From Xylographa opegraphella (taxonomy: Eukaryota), in NCBI GenBank assembly GCA_022813865.1, contig JALDZX010000003.1, positions 434,001 to 498,000 on the forward strand: 64,000 nucleotides of DNA, read 5' to 3'. The notes below the pieces were generated by a model that was not told where the DNA came from, did no database searches, and worked only from the letters and a program-made list of their open reading frames with translations. Every line of letters begins with the position of its first letter. The stretch's first letter is position 1. The position numbers and the translations under genes were made by a program. Positions 26,788-39,097 of the stretch are shown here, one piece after another.

Positions 26788-27316
26788 TGCTGTGCGGAAT
26801 GGGAAAACTGGAAACTTTCAAAATTGACAACAAGACCCAACGTCACTCTTAAAAGAGGCGAGTGTATACCGAGATGCAGATTCCAGCATATGGTCGACTT
26901 GTATGTACAAAACCTTGACGAGCTAAACAAAGAGATGCAGATTGACTTTGAGAAGCATGGGATTCGGAAGCATTCCGCGTAGCGTAGAGTTCCGCCCGCA
27001 TCGCGGGGTCATGATTTGGTGGGGGCCTTCAGAGCGATATGTAGTCATCAAGAAGCTGTAAGACCTAGTTAGTAAACAGCGATAATCCGAATCCAGTCAG
27101 TAATCGACCGAGACTATTACCTCCATTCGGTTAACAGGTTCCATGACTGTCCATAGCCTCAAGATTTGACCAGCAAGCCTTCCACGTTAAAGACCATAAA
27201 CCCCAGCTCATTCGCCCTTCACACTGGCCATCAAACTCCTCGAACCTCTCTTCAGACCTTACCGTCAAGCAATCAAAAATCGATCCCTCTTTCTGCACAC
27301 CTCAAGATCTACAGCC

Positions 27317-27814
27317 ATGCCTACCGCAACCGCCGTCTTCAATGGTAAGACCATTGCGAAAGCCGATAGTTGGGAGACCGTCGAAGGGAACGTCTATGTA
27401 AGCACCAAGGTATCCTCCATTCAGTATCACGAACTGACATTCCAAGTTCCCGCCATCGTATGTCACGACTTCCGGGCTGTTGGATTGCTATGTCTAACAG
27501 AACACAGCTCCCTTGATAAGTCGGTCCTCAGTGTGACGAACACCCATACCGGATGCCCCTGGAAAGGCGTCGCATCGTACTACAGCATCAAGGTTGACGG
27601 TATGTGATTCACCGCGCAGTATACTCCAAATAGCAGGCTGATTAGCATTGACAGACAAGGAAGTGAAAGACGCAGCGTGGTTCTATCCCGAGCCAAAGGA
27701 GAAGGCCATGAATATCAAAGATCATGTTGCTTTTTGTAAGCACGCTTTGGCCAAAAGAGATCATGGGCTAACGATGTGGCAGACAAGAACAAGGTAGAGA
27801 TCTCCATGACATAA
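27317..27814 (+). CDS. DUF427-family protein, 5 exons including an 11-nt exon at 27447-27457
   Basis: VEGNVY|FPPS|SLD...HTGCPWKGVASYY...DAAWFYPEPKEKAMNIKDHVAFY. Confidence 0.85.
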
Positions 27815-28008
27815 ATTCTGTTCTGCTGCAAATGCACTGGTTGAATGGAGAATCGCAAAGACATCGGCATGGATGCGCACTCCAGCAGTCTAGTATAAAT
27901 AGCGTCACGTAGCTGTGGAATGTTTGCTCCAATTTAGTCTGAAAGCTTTGTGTCTTGCGGCTCACGCCCCTAAAATCTATAGTCAATCAAGCCTCTATAT
28001 GCATAGCC

Positions 28009-29484
28009 TCAAGTCATCGTTTTTGTCTCTCCTTCTTTCAGCTTTCCCTCACCGACAAGACGGCTTACCTCCGCACCCCACACAGCCTTAACTTCCGCAG
28101 GACTCTTCTTGCCATTTAGATTCGCTGCCAGCGTAGCCAGCTCCTCGTTATCGATCTTGCCCATCACGAGATCTACATCGTTCAGCACCCCATCGATCTG
28201 CGCAGGGCTGGGATCCCCTCCGTCTTGTAGATAGTTCGCATCTTTCACACTGGACTTGAGCACGCGCTTGTTTTTCTTCGCCGCGTTTTTGGCTGCCTCT
28301 TTTGCTTTCTTGCCTTCGGCCTTTTCCATTTTCTCGGCTTCTTCTCTCTCTTTGGCAATCTTGTCGGCTTCTATCTTTGCTTTCTCGGCCTCTCCCTTGG
28401 CCTTTCTCTCTGTGGCTTCTTTCTCGAGCTTATTCTTGTTTTTCCTCGCTTTCTCCTCGGTGCGGAACTTCTTAATACGATCATCTCCTGCAAGGCAATC
28501 GTCGACCAAGCTACGTAGCCGCGCTGTGTCTTCGGTCTTCTTTTTCTTTCGTGCATTATTGTTTTTCCGCTCAACGTGTCGCTTCTGATCCCGGTTCTCA
28601 TTGTCATCAGGCACATCCTCATCCTGATACTCAAACGACCTCCAGCTGTCAAAATTGTACCAGAAATTGTAAAAGTGCTCCACCTCCTCCTTGGAGCTCT
28701 TCTCATCGCCCAAATCTGGCACAGGCTGGGTCTTACTAAATCTGCCTTCGCTCACAAACACTGGGCTCCACAACTTGAAGTATCCGCCCTTCTGCGCTTG
28801 CTTCTTAGTTGGGGGTTCCACATCCGCGTGCTCGTCAACGGAGTCGAATTGCCGGCGACGGACGGGATCGAGCAATACCTCGGTGGCTTTCTGGATGCAT
28901 TTGAAGAAGGAGTCGTCTTCGGTATTGCCGGCAGCAGCCTTCTTATCAGGGTGGTGGCGGAGAACTTTTTTGCGGTGGGCACGCTTGATCTGGTCCTCTG
29001 AAGCGCGATAACGATACTTTGTGAGACCCAGGACTGCATAGTGGTCTTGTCCCTGTTGTGGTTTTCATATCAGTTAATGCCTTGACTGATGTTTCCACCA
29101 TAAAAGTATACCTTCCAGTCCTTCGCATCGCGCTGCAGCATCAAAGGATCTTCTGGCTCGCTGATTTCCGCACTATCATCATCCTCCACCTTCTTCACGT
29201 TCTCCTGAGCCTGGATCCGTTCATCTTCAGAGAATGTGCGATGGTGTCGCTTCTACTCGAAGATCAGCAAAAATAACACATTCGCAAGATTTAGGAGGCG
29301 GTAGCCTCGGTTGTGCACATACTCTACGAGCATGAGCCAGGAAGTGAGGGCCCACGGGCTCAATATTGCGCTGTGTGGCTGGCGACAGAGTACCTATGGC
29401 CTTGAAGTCCTTATCGGCCGACCAGCCAGCCGGCAGGACTGGCAACGGCAAGGACGTATGCATAGTCGCCATGTTGAGCTGCAT
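28009..29484 (-). CDS. ZUO1: Zuotin (ribosome-associated J-protein)
   Basis: IEPVGPHFLAHARR, QDHYAVLGL, J-domain HHPDK, FYNFWYNFDSWRSFEY and a charged C-terminal domain. Confidence 0.93.
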
Positions 29485-29729
29485 TAGTCTGTGTAATCGA
29501 GATGTCTGGAGGAAGGTTGATGTTGAACAATTTTCTTTGCGCAGTCGGGTAAAGTTTCCTTGACGGGAATCGACCCAATGCTCCCTTGCACGTTACCCGG
29601 TAGTGGGCGCTTAAGCGAACAAGCTTGGCAATATCAAGCGAAAAATAGTTGATCCAGCTCCGAAGTAATGGACAAATTGATTGAACAAAAAAGGAATACG
29701 AAATTAAATCAGCAAGGTTGCTGCAGTAA

Positions 29730-30739
29730 TCAATTTACTTTGGCCGCAGTCGAGTTCTCTGATGTTCTGAGCTTAAATGCGTATTCTAATGATGCAGCAT
29801 AAGTTTTCTGGTCCGGCAAGCCCCACGACGGCCGATTTTCAAGGCTTGTGAACAAGACCGAGCACAACTCAACCTTGACGACCGCATGACTCATTGCTTT
29901 GCCTGCCACCAAGTCATTAACGCTGATAATGCTCGGAACGCCGTGTTCCAGAGGACCATGGCCTTGCCATATGACGTTATCAGCTTCGTCGACGAGTTCG
30001 ATTCGTTTCACTGCGAAGCTTCCAGCCCATTGATATTGGCAGTGTTTGTGTTTTACTTCTTCTGCTGAAGCACGGTATCTTGAATGGAGGATCAATGTAT
30101 CCTCGCACCGCACATTTCTAGCGAGTTGAAATTCTAGTTTGAGATCATTGTCATGCTGGACACATGACGTCCAAGAGCCTGAGATCGAGAAGCGCATCAA
30201 TAGTTGAGCATCATCAAGCCGGCAGCGAACGTGGAGAACAGCATATCAACAGATTCGGTATCTGCAATTGATGCTGATGAAGGCATGTTGAGCCAACGGG
30301 AACTGATTACATTGCCAATCGTTCACCCAGGTCTTATCATTGACTTCTCAATCAAGTCGACTATTTTTCGAGCATCATTGTGATTTCTGGTGCGTAGTAA
30401 TGTGCCAAAACTCATTTGTGTTGTTGCATTTCCATGAGATTCAAATGTGAAAGTGGCTGTTGATCTACAGAGCATACTTTGCAACTTGTACAAGCACTTG
30501 TTCCCTCGATGAAGGCCTGCTTGCAAACGCAACGGTTCGATACTTTTTGCTTCTTTGGTTCTCAATGGATCGGACATGAGGCTGTCCCCAGTTCTGATAT
30601 CACGTATGACCCTGGCCTCTCCATAAGCCAATCTTACCAGCGAGCTCCAGGAAAGCATGATGAAGACGGCGCTGCTTTCCAGAATCCATAATGCGAAACG
30701 CATATGTCGATCAATGTGTGGTCTGCGATATTGCTCCAT
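29730..30739 (-). CDS. Possible hypothetical or degenerate gene (two adjacent ORFs of 138 and 156 aa)
   Basis: Two consecutive minus-strand ORFs of protein-like composition. No recognisable motif, and the splice junction was not resolved. Confidence 0.3.
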
Positions 30740-30859
30740 GGACGTTAGTTGGATCTACGTACCAAGCTAATATCGGGCTCCGAGATCTCCCTAATCGAGG
30801 TGTCCCTTGCCGAGCCATCCTTCACACGCTCGCCAACGACGACTAAGATTTCTCCAAAG

Positions 30860-31750
30860 CTACTGCCCGTCCAGCTTCGGCTCTACGTTCTGATTTCGTG
30901 CTATATTACATTAACCTAATCCTCGGAAGTACCCCGTCCGTAGAGTGATTGGACGGGAAACCCTAAGACGACGTGTGGAACGAGGGACTCCGCCCGTAAT
31001 TCATAGGTATATTGCGACTCACCATCAAGTTACATCGTAGCCGAGGACGACCATTCCCGTCAGAGAGATCTCCACGTCGTCCCTATTCTCCGAATGTAAG
31101 TGACTTGAGCGGCTGGCCAGATACACCTTGGCCCACTTATGGGTAGCTTTCGAAAGCAAGGAACCGACGGACGTTGGTTGGTAAGCGGTATCGGTGCGGC
31201 AGGCAGGCTAGAGCAGAAGTCTCGAATTCTCTGAACTAGGGTATTACCGATGCCTGCACTCGTTGCGGACGCGCTGAACCGTAGTCTGCATCGGTCTGCA
31301 TCGGGCTGTTCCTGTAGGATCTACGCAACCCGTACGGCACCTCCCCAAACGAGGAAAGGCCAGCAATGTTCTCTTCCTACCACCTTAGGTATGGGCTAGA
31401 TGATACACGATCACCGTTCGCCTTCGGATGTCATCAAGCCAGGGGGTCTGCACTCCTCTGTATAAGTAGTTCCACATACTTTATTCCCTTTGCCATATAA
31501 AGATCACCTCAAAGACGAATCGATAGTGCATGCAGACGAAAGAATACCATTACCTCTCGGATAAAATGGTACGGGGATGGGTTTATTGCTGGGCTGAATA
31601 CTAGGAGCAACGGAGTCGTAGTATGATTGCAGTACCTAACTATGGATGGACGACGGACCGGTGACGAGCGGGGAGGCCATCACGGACGATGGGATCCCCG
31701 GCGCCTGCATCCAATGAGACGTGTAAAGCTAACCATATCCATGTCCTCAG
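30860..31750 (+). ncRNA. Candidate structured non-coding RNA (telomerase-RNA-like template plus flanking hairpins); identity unproven
   Basis: No ORF of 60 aa or more. Many complementary stems, a C(UUCG)G tetraloop at 30873-30882, and hairpin 30933-30957 just 5' of AACCCTAA (30959-30966). Confidence 0.3.
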
Positions 31751-31864
31751 TTGTAACGATCGTGTCACCAGAATTGTAACGACCATGTGACCCCAATTAT
31801 AATGACCATGGCAACTCATTGTAACGACCGTATCACTTCCGCTGTAACGACCATATCATCCAGA
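31751..31864. repeat. Degenerate minisatellite, about 5 copies of a 22-23 bp unit (core TTGTAACGACCAT)
   Basis: Units start at 31751, 31774, 31797, 31819 and 31842. Confidence 0.85.
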
Positions 31865-31981
31865 CTCGACACAAGTACCTCATGATTGAGCATATAGTTC
31901 AGAAATCTCCAATGTCCCGCCAACCGTCCCCTATACTCCACACGTTACTCCTCCCTCCCCGGCGCTTCTCTTGCGGCGCCT

Positions 31982-32563
31982 CTAAGAATTGAAGTGCCTG
32001 TCCATAGCATTAGCGAGTATACTCCCTCTCCCAAACCCGAGACCACTCTCGACAAAGCAACAAAAGCGCCACACATACCAAGTCACATCCACCACGCTCT
32101 CCTCGGAATTACTCGTCAACGCGTTCCACGCCCCGATGGAGAAATCCAAGTTGTCGTTCTGGCAGCTCTCGCAGGTATCCTGCACCTTGGCCGTGATGGT
32201 GTTGCCCTTGCCATGTACGCCGCCGTCCGGGCTGCCGGTGTTGACCACGGTGATGGTACGCCCACAGTAGGGCGACTTGTACTCGTTGTCCATCCACTTG
32301 TTGCCAAGCGCGACGATGATGGAGCTGTCTGGGTTGGTGACGCCGCACGAGCCTGCGGTGTTGTCCTGGTCGTAGACGGTGGCAGTGCCGTAGTGGCTGA
32401 ACAGGGCTGTCAATCTACGATGAGGCTGCTAGAGAAAGCGGACGACGTACTCGGTGCGCTTTGCGAGCGCGGGCCCGACGGGCGTTGGGTCGGGAACGGG
32501 GATGGCGGCGGCCAACATAGCTGTTGTGGCAAGGCAGAGGCCAAGGAATGATTGAGAAAGCAT
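31982..32563 (-). CDS. Small secreted RlpA-like double-psi beta-barrel protein (expansin/loosenin/Asp f7-like), 2 introns
   Basis: Signal peptide MLSQSFLGLCLATTAMLAAA, Kex2-like KR, then GTATVY...GSCG...IVAL...YCGRTI...VQDTCESC...LDFSIGAW. Confidence 0.85.
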
Positions 32564-34598
32564 ATTGAGAAAATAGGATGAAAGCTTGCTGTGGCAATTT
32601 TGTAGATATGATGCTGCTATAGGAAGACACAGAGTTGGAATGCTGAGAGCGCGGTGGATGAGTTGATAGAGTGGGCATCACCATCAACTTTATAGTCGTC
32701 GCTCTGCATGTCTCCTACCCTCTAGCAGTGTGTGAGACGGAGGCAGGCTGTACCAGTACCAGCATAGCAGAAGACATGATTCTGGCTTGTGGAGGGTCAT
32801 GTAGATGACACTGCCCTTTTTTGAAATGATGATGCTGTATCGAGGGCGACTGTCAGCTGTACAAGACAATTCGTCGAACACCCACAAGATGGTCGAAGGT
32901 AAGCTTGATCAGCAACGCATCTGCAGAGACTAGTAAGACGGTATTCTCTTCTCCTGCTCACCATGACTACGTCTCCACATTTGTCGGTGAAGATTATGAA
33001 TACTGGTCAACCAACAGCGACCCCACGAAAGCTGGTAAATAAATTGCTACAAACCCGCGAAGGGGGGAGTGCGACTGGCCGACGAAGCAGAATCGATCAT
33101 GCAAGGTGGTGACAGTAAATAAGCCCATGCAGTCGGTTCGCCGATTGATACAAAAGTCTGACAATTGATGAGAAAGAACGCCAGTGTTAAGAGAGAGTTC
33201 CAGCTAGTTTTTGCTTCAGTTGTCGAGACTTGTGCGTGGTGCAACCCACTGTGAACGTGGTGACTGAGATGCCAGATAAGTAGCGCACTAGAAGAACAGC
33301 ACGATCGACACGATCGGCAATGAGCTATAGTGAGTTGAACATCAAATTGTTGACAATACACGATTTCAGCCAAACAGGCTGTGATTCAACATGCTCTGTA
33401 AGACTGAAAAATCTTACAGCGCGTGACTCTCCTACGTTATGGCCATGAACATTTCTCAGGAATCTGCAGTGGCATGAAAGCGGTATGCAAAAAGTAGAAT
33501 CAAGCCGGAGGGCTCCGATTGGAGGTCATATGCTGTGTAACATAGCTATCGCTAAATTGATCCACACATTTGCCTCGTAATGGCAAATCTCACACCCCAT
33601 GGAAAGGTGATGCTCACGATATCATAGTAAACGAGCTCAAAGCGAATAGCGCAGCGACTAGTGAACTGAACGAAGGGTGCCGTAATTCGAGTTTGCTTAT
33701 ACCTCCACAATTGAGAATTTAGCCTACCGCACTGGACTCCATCAGTCATGGGACGGTCGGACAAGGCATGGAGTCGCGGTATATTGAATCAAAACCCGCG
33801 GAATCTGGTCGTCGCTCAACCATTCGAGATGCATGATGACTGCGCCTAGTCTATAGAATCTCGGTATTTCGAGTAGCAGGCTGCACGCCGCAGTATCGAC
33901 GATGTAGAACGAGGTTCAAGAGTCAAATCTCCCATGATCTGGACTCGATGCTCTCCATCACATTAGGAATCCAGTTCATAGGAAGTCTCTGAGATCGAAA
34001 GAGTGTGATTAACAGCAATGTAGTCTTACTGAAGTACCAATGACACGAGTAAAGGACGACCTGATGAAGTAGTGCAGTAGTGTACTGTGTAAAGGAGTAT
34101 GGAAGTGATGTCGAGTCCTGAAACAGACCCGATTGGGCTCCGACCTTAGATGTGGAAGCGAAGACCACCGAACACAAAACCACAAATCTCCTGCTCCATA
34201 CTGTAAGGTTGTGCAGAAACGACAATTGCACATGGTCGATCCAGCGTTCAAAATAAAACAATCCGGGCATAAAATACTCTCCATCCCCCGTTAATTCCCA
34301 TGTCTACCTTACTATCCTTACGTTCCGCTGCACCACGAGTCAACAAGATACTGCAAGCACCCACCACCCACCACCAACCCGAACCCCCCATACCCCGCTA
34401 GATCACCCCCCGGAAACCCACCCCAAATCAACCCGCGCAACGCTCCCCCGACAGCCAAACAAACAAGCAGGCCCATCCAAGTCTCTCCTCCCTCCTCCCC
34501 CAACCGCGTCTAAGCGCAGCGTCCTCCGCTCCCCATGCCTCCGTACCTTCGTACGTAGTACCAACCAACCTACCCCATAGTCCGGACCTTAGCCTCGC

Positions 34599-34635
34599 TA
34601 CCTTACCTTACCTTACCTTACCTAACCTACCTACC
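34599..34635. repeat. (TACCT)n-type microsatellite within a C-rich low-complexity tract
   Basis: taccttaccttaccttaccttacctaacctacctacc. Confidence 0.8.
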
Positions 34636-35304
34636 AAGAAACCCAACGTCGCGTGCCCACGCCCAAACCCAAACCCCAATTCACCCCACCCCCCCTCGCT
34701 ACGGATCGCCCAGCCCATAGCGCGCCAAGCCAGCCCGCGATCGCCATCAAGCCACCCGACGAACGCAAAAGTGCTGACGTCACGCCCGGTTGCCAAGTCC
34801 GCCCGCCCGCCCGCCTGCCAGCCAGCCAGCCAGCCAAGCGAGCCGGGTGTTGATCCGAGGGGGAGAGTCATGATGGACGATCCCAGGGCGCCAAAGGGAG
34901 CGCTTCGGTTGCGGCCGGGTGAGAAGACGGGCTGGTGGTGGTGGTGGGGGTGGGGGAGGCGGGACGGTTAGGGTGGGAGTGTGTCTGGGACTCTGAGGAG
35001 GGCGGGTAGGGAGGTTAAGTAACGTCTGGGATGAGTCTACGGGAGAGTGGGTTGGGACGAAGGAGCGATGGAGAGAGAGAGGGGCGGGAAAGGGGTGGTT
35101 AGGGAATGGTCGCAAAGCATGGCAGCCATCCGTCACTGTGCAGGCGAGGGAGCAGCTCTAATCTCGTACATATTACAGCGGTCTAGAGAGAAAGGACAAT
35201 TACAGAGCTCCGTGGAACCATAGAACCGCCCTCGCGCCGATCGGGGGTTTTCCCGCCCGGGTTCCCCTTCCCACCAAATATTGGCTCCGATAAGCAATTT
35301 GCAC

Positions 35305-37382
35305 CTATGCCGCGTAGGGAGATGTGCAGCTGAAGGAAGTGGCCACCGTCCCGCCATTGCCGAAGGCGCTGATCAGCGCCATGATGGCCGAGTAGCAGCC
35401 GAGGCCACACACCACGAGCGCGCCGAGCAGGTAGAAGGTGTTGAACAGGTTGAGCAGCAAAACCTTCCGGTACCCTCGGATCCAGCGCTTGAGACCCCCG
35501 TCCTGACGGATGTATTTCTTGGTCGCCTCGTCGAAGGATTCACCCGGCAGCATGGCGCCCTTCTTGATTTCGAAACCGAGTTTCAGGAGCGCCGGGAAGG
35601 TGTAGGTGAAGTTGCCGATGCAGAAAGCGCCGACGAGACTGCTGAAGTCTCCCAGATTGGGCACGGCGCCGGCCACGATGAAGGCGAGGGCCCAGTACAC
35701 GGGCACCATGACGACCCAGAGTATCTTACCCCGCTTGTTCGTGAGTGCAGGGAAACCTAATGACATCATGTCAGCCAGGCACGCCTTGGCCACGAGGGAA
35801 GGGATAGCTTCACGTACCGAACAGCTCCATGAACACGTTGTTGTAGATGACCTTGATCCCGATGTTTCCATACAGAGCTGCGGCAATCAGACCACCTGTA
35901 GTTGGGATCGTTAGCCTGGAATGCCATTGCACCGCGACCTGTGACGATGTCTGGGATGACTGCTACATACCGACGATGGATAGGATATTACCAGCAGTCT
36001 GATAGTTGTACGGATTGATGCTCTGGATAGCGGCGCTGTACGTGTATTGACCTTGGTAGGAGTATTGGAAGAGTCCGAAGAACATGTAAACGAGATAGAT
36101 GAAGATATCGGCGCAGAGCATGCCTTTCCAGAAGTCCCACGGGTTGCGCATCTCGGCCAGGAGATTGAAGAAGAGCATGGCCCCACCGTATGCGTAGATG
36201 ATGGTGTTGATGCCCTGGAAACTGCCCAGGAAGCCGGTTCCACCAGAAGCGAATCCGTCAGGTGGAGTGCCAGCGAAGGTCCTGGTTGGAATGGCGCTTC
36301 CAACTGTGCCGTCGGGAAAGTTTCTGTCACCGTATGGAGTACCCGGACCACCAAAGGACCCCAACATGACTGCATAATTCGGGCTGGAAGTGGCACTCAC
36401 GCCGATAGCCATGAACGAGGTGATGACGGTGGTCCAGACAGAGAGGTTGGCAAGCCATCCGAAACGTTGAAGCGTGCGGATCTGGCCGAGGACCATGCCG
36501 AGAATGGCGATGATAAGAAGGCAGACGATGAAGCAAACCCCGTTACCATTGATGCCGTTCTGCCCGATAGAGACTTGCGACACAGACCCACCAAGACTGA
36601 GGATAAGCACAGCCACCAGCATGAACATCTGGAGGCTCTGTAGAACGTTGATAACATGCCTCACTTCCTGCCCGAAGACGCGGAAGAAGGCCTGTCCAAA
36701 ATCGCGGAGGGGGTAACGGTCGGAGTCCATGTGCATGTAGACACCCCACACGTACCAGCCAGAAATCGAAGCCATGAGACCAAAGACGGTGTAGAGAGCG
36801 CAACCCGGCCCGTAGCCCGTGTTGGAGAAAGCCCATCTGAGGATACGTTAGCTCGTTCAACACCTCGAAAGCTACGACCGATTTGCTAGCTTCCTCGCCA
36901 ATGGGGAGTACTCACGGGGCACCACCGGGACCCAAGATATCCGTGGTGATCAGAAAGAAGATGGAGCCCCAGCTGGCCGTCCTCACGGCGCGGGAGGCCT
37001 GTCTCCACTCGAGATCGGTGACGGTGGAGAAGTTGTTGTGGGTGGTCACGATGTTTCCGTCTCCGACAACGGCGTTGACTTCATGGACGTGGCCCTTTGA
37101 GAATCGGTTCTTGATGATGCCGCCGAGCGACCAGGGCGCTTTCCGGTTGATCATGTTGCCCTCGTACACCCGTTCTTCGGCGCGGGTTAACGAGGCATAG
37201 TGCAGGTACTCCTCGAACAGGACGGACGGGTCGTTGTGGACTTGGGCGGATTCGATGTTGAATTCGTTCTTGCCGCGGGCACCCTCGTGACCGTGATCGA
37301 GAGCGAACTGAGCCGGATTCTTCTCCTCCATACGAGGGTCACCGCCATCGAGGGCGAAGTTGGCCAGATTCTGACCTGCCAT
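35305..37382 (-). CDS. mtr: AAAP-family neutral/aromatic amino-acid permease (Neurospora Mtr-like)
   Basis: FEEYLHYA, RTASWGSIFFLITTDILGP, DSDRYPLRDFG, GQIRTLQRFGWLAN, YAYGGAMLF..LAEMRNPWDFWKG. Three introns apparent. Confidence 0.85.
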
Positions 37383-38310
37383 GTTGCGTGGGAGCGGGAA
37401 GAGGTCGAAGCTGTGCAGGGGGAAGGGACAGAAGTGCAGGTGGAAGGGGAGGGGGAGGAAGCGAATATGTAGTCGGGCTGGGGGAGTGTTGGCTGCATGT
37501 TCCAGCGTACTTCACGCGTACTATCTGCAATGGTCTCGGTTCAAGCGTATCGTGAATGCACTTCCCTCCTTCAGACTGCAACCTCGGACCAGCAGCCTTG
37601 GCGTGTCGGCGGACAGGCCGGAAGAGGAAGCTGGCCGATACCAGACACGACCACCAGCGCTGCACATCGCAACATTCACTGCCCATCCCCCGGCAAGACT
37701 GATAAGACTAGCATCGGCAGGACCAGTCAGAGGACACCAACCACGAATGGTGATAAGCGACCGTACTTCCTCCCGGTTTGTGGTGGATGGTGTGGGAAGG
37801 TGCGAGGTGACATGGACGCTGCACCCACTCGCTTGGGTGGGCCGATGGATGTGGGAAGATGCCGAAGTCCATGAGCTTTTCGATGGGCGAATCTTCTACG
37901 GCCGCTCTAGGTAGCACAAACGTCGGCAGCAATGCTTATTTGTGCTGGGCGTCAACGTGGCGGTACGGCGAACTGCCTGGGCACTGGATCAAGAATCCTA
38001 AAGGATGCCGCCCCAGCATTGCGATCCACCTTCCGATTGGTGTCCCCACCCACATCCCTTGTCAGCATCCGATATGAATCCAGCTGGAACGGACTTGCAT
38101 CTAATCTAATCGGTCAGCCCGAGCGGCCATCCGAGTAATACCCGATCGGGGCGCCGTCATCACGGAGCATGTCCTCCAAAGCTTTCTCCGTCCTAGTTAT
38201 CATCCACGGTCCACCCCTACCCCAATCACCACCCAATCACAACCTCCCCCGGCCCAGTTTGCCCCAAACCCTACCTGTTTTCCACACCCTCTCTCTCATG
38301 ATATCAGCCC

Positions 38311-38796
38311 ATGGCCGAGCCGAGGAGCATGGTCCTGGCCGCATATCGCCACGTCCTGCGCGCCACCAGGATCGCCTTCGAGGGTAACATTTCCATCCTC
38401 TTTCTTCCATTGATTGGATCGAATGCGCAACCAGAGTTGACCACCCTTTTTCTTCGCAGGTGATCCCCGCCTACTGCTCTCCGCGCGCCACCAGGCGCGC
38501 TTATCCTTCGCCGTGAACAGCGCGTTGTCGGCCTCGAGTCCGGAAGTGACCGCGCACATCGCGCACGCCGAGGAGGTGGCGACCATCTTGAGGCAGAACG
38601 TGGTCCAGGGCCAGCAGGTGGAGGGCGAGAAATACCGTAAGGCCTGTCCGTCGTGCTGCATCCGCCGATGGGGCGCTGATTCAGCTCCGCAGAATTGCGC
38701 ATCCACGAGGAGATCGAGAGAGGTGACAACGAGAGTGTCAAGATGTCCAGAGAGGAGATGGGAAGTTTGGCCGGCCTCAAACGAGGTGTCTCGTGA
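38311..38796 (+). CDS. MZM1: LYR-motif complex III assembly factor Mzm1 (LYRM7), 2 introns
   Basis: MVLAAYRHVLRATRIAFEG|DPRLL...AEEVATILRQNVVQG...|LRIHEEIERGDNESVK. Confidence 0.88.
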
Positions 38797-39097
38797 AAAT
38801 GCAGGAGGCGGCGTCCTTCGAGGGACCGTGGATATATTACAAGACATGGTTGAATGTCTGACACATGTTGTTGAACCCGATCCGTCCGCTTGATGCGCGA
38901 TGGAGTCGGTGTCATCGTTGTTATTACAGTCTACGTCTAAGGGGTATCTCATTATATGTTGAATCCGGATGTGACGCCGAACGTGCCATGCACCTCTAGC
39001 CACATGTTGAACATGGCAAAACCAAGAACACCCGTTTTCTTCCATCCTCGTCAACGCCGCACGTACATCGCAGGCGAGCAATGAACGTGCCCGTCCT

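Noticed and set aside
31275..31310. RNase P CR-V-like CCGAUGCAGACUAC on the minus strand
   Set aside because: No matching CR-I motif upstream at a suitable distance.
30945..31380. Group I intron reading (ACGGGAAACCCTAA as P, AACCCGTA as Q)
   Set aside because: No R (GUUCANAGACUA) or S (AAGAUAUAGUC) element follows on that strand, and there is no rRNA host.
31751..31864. CRISPR-like repeat/spacer look of the 23-bp array
   Set aside because: Eukaryotic context, degenerate repeats, variable parts far too short for spacers, and no cas genes.
32600..34300. Possible gene or transposon relic in the long intergenic region
   Set aside because: Only short motif-less ORFs; no terminal repeats or transposase signatures seen.
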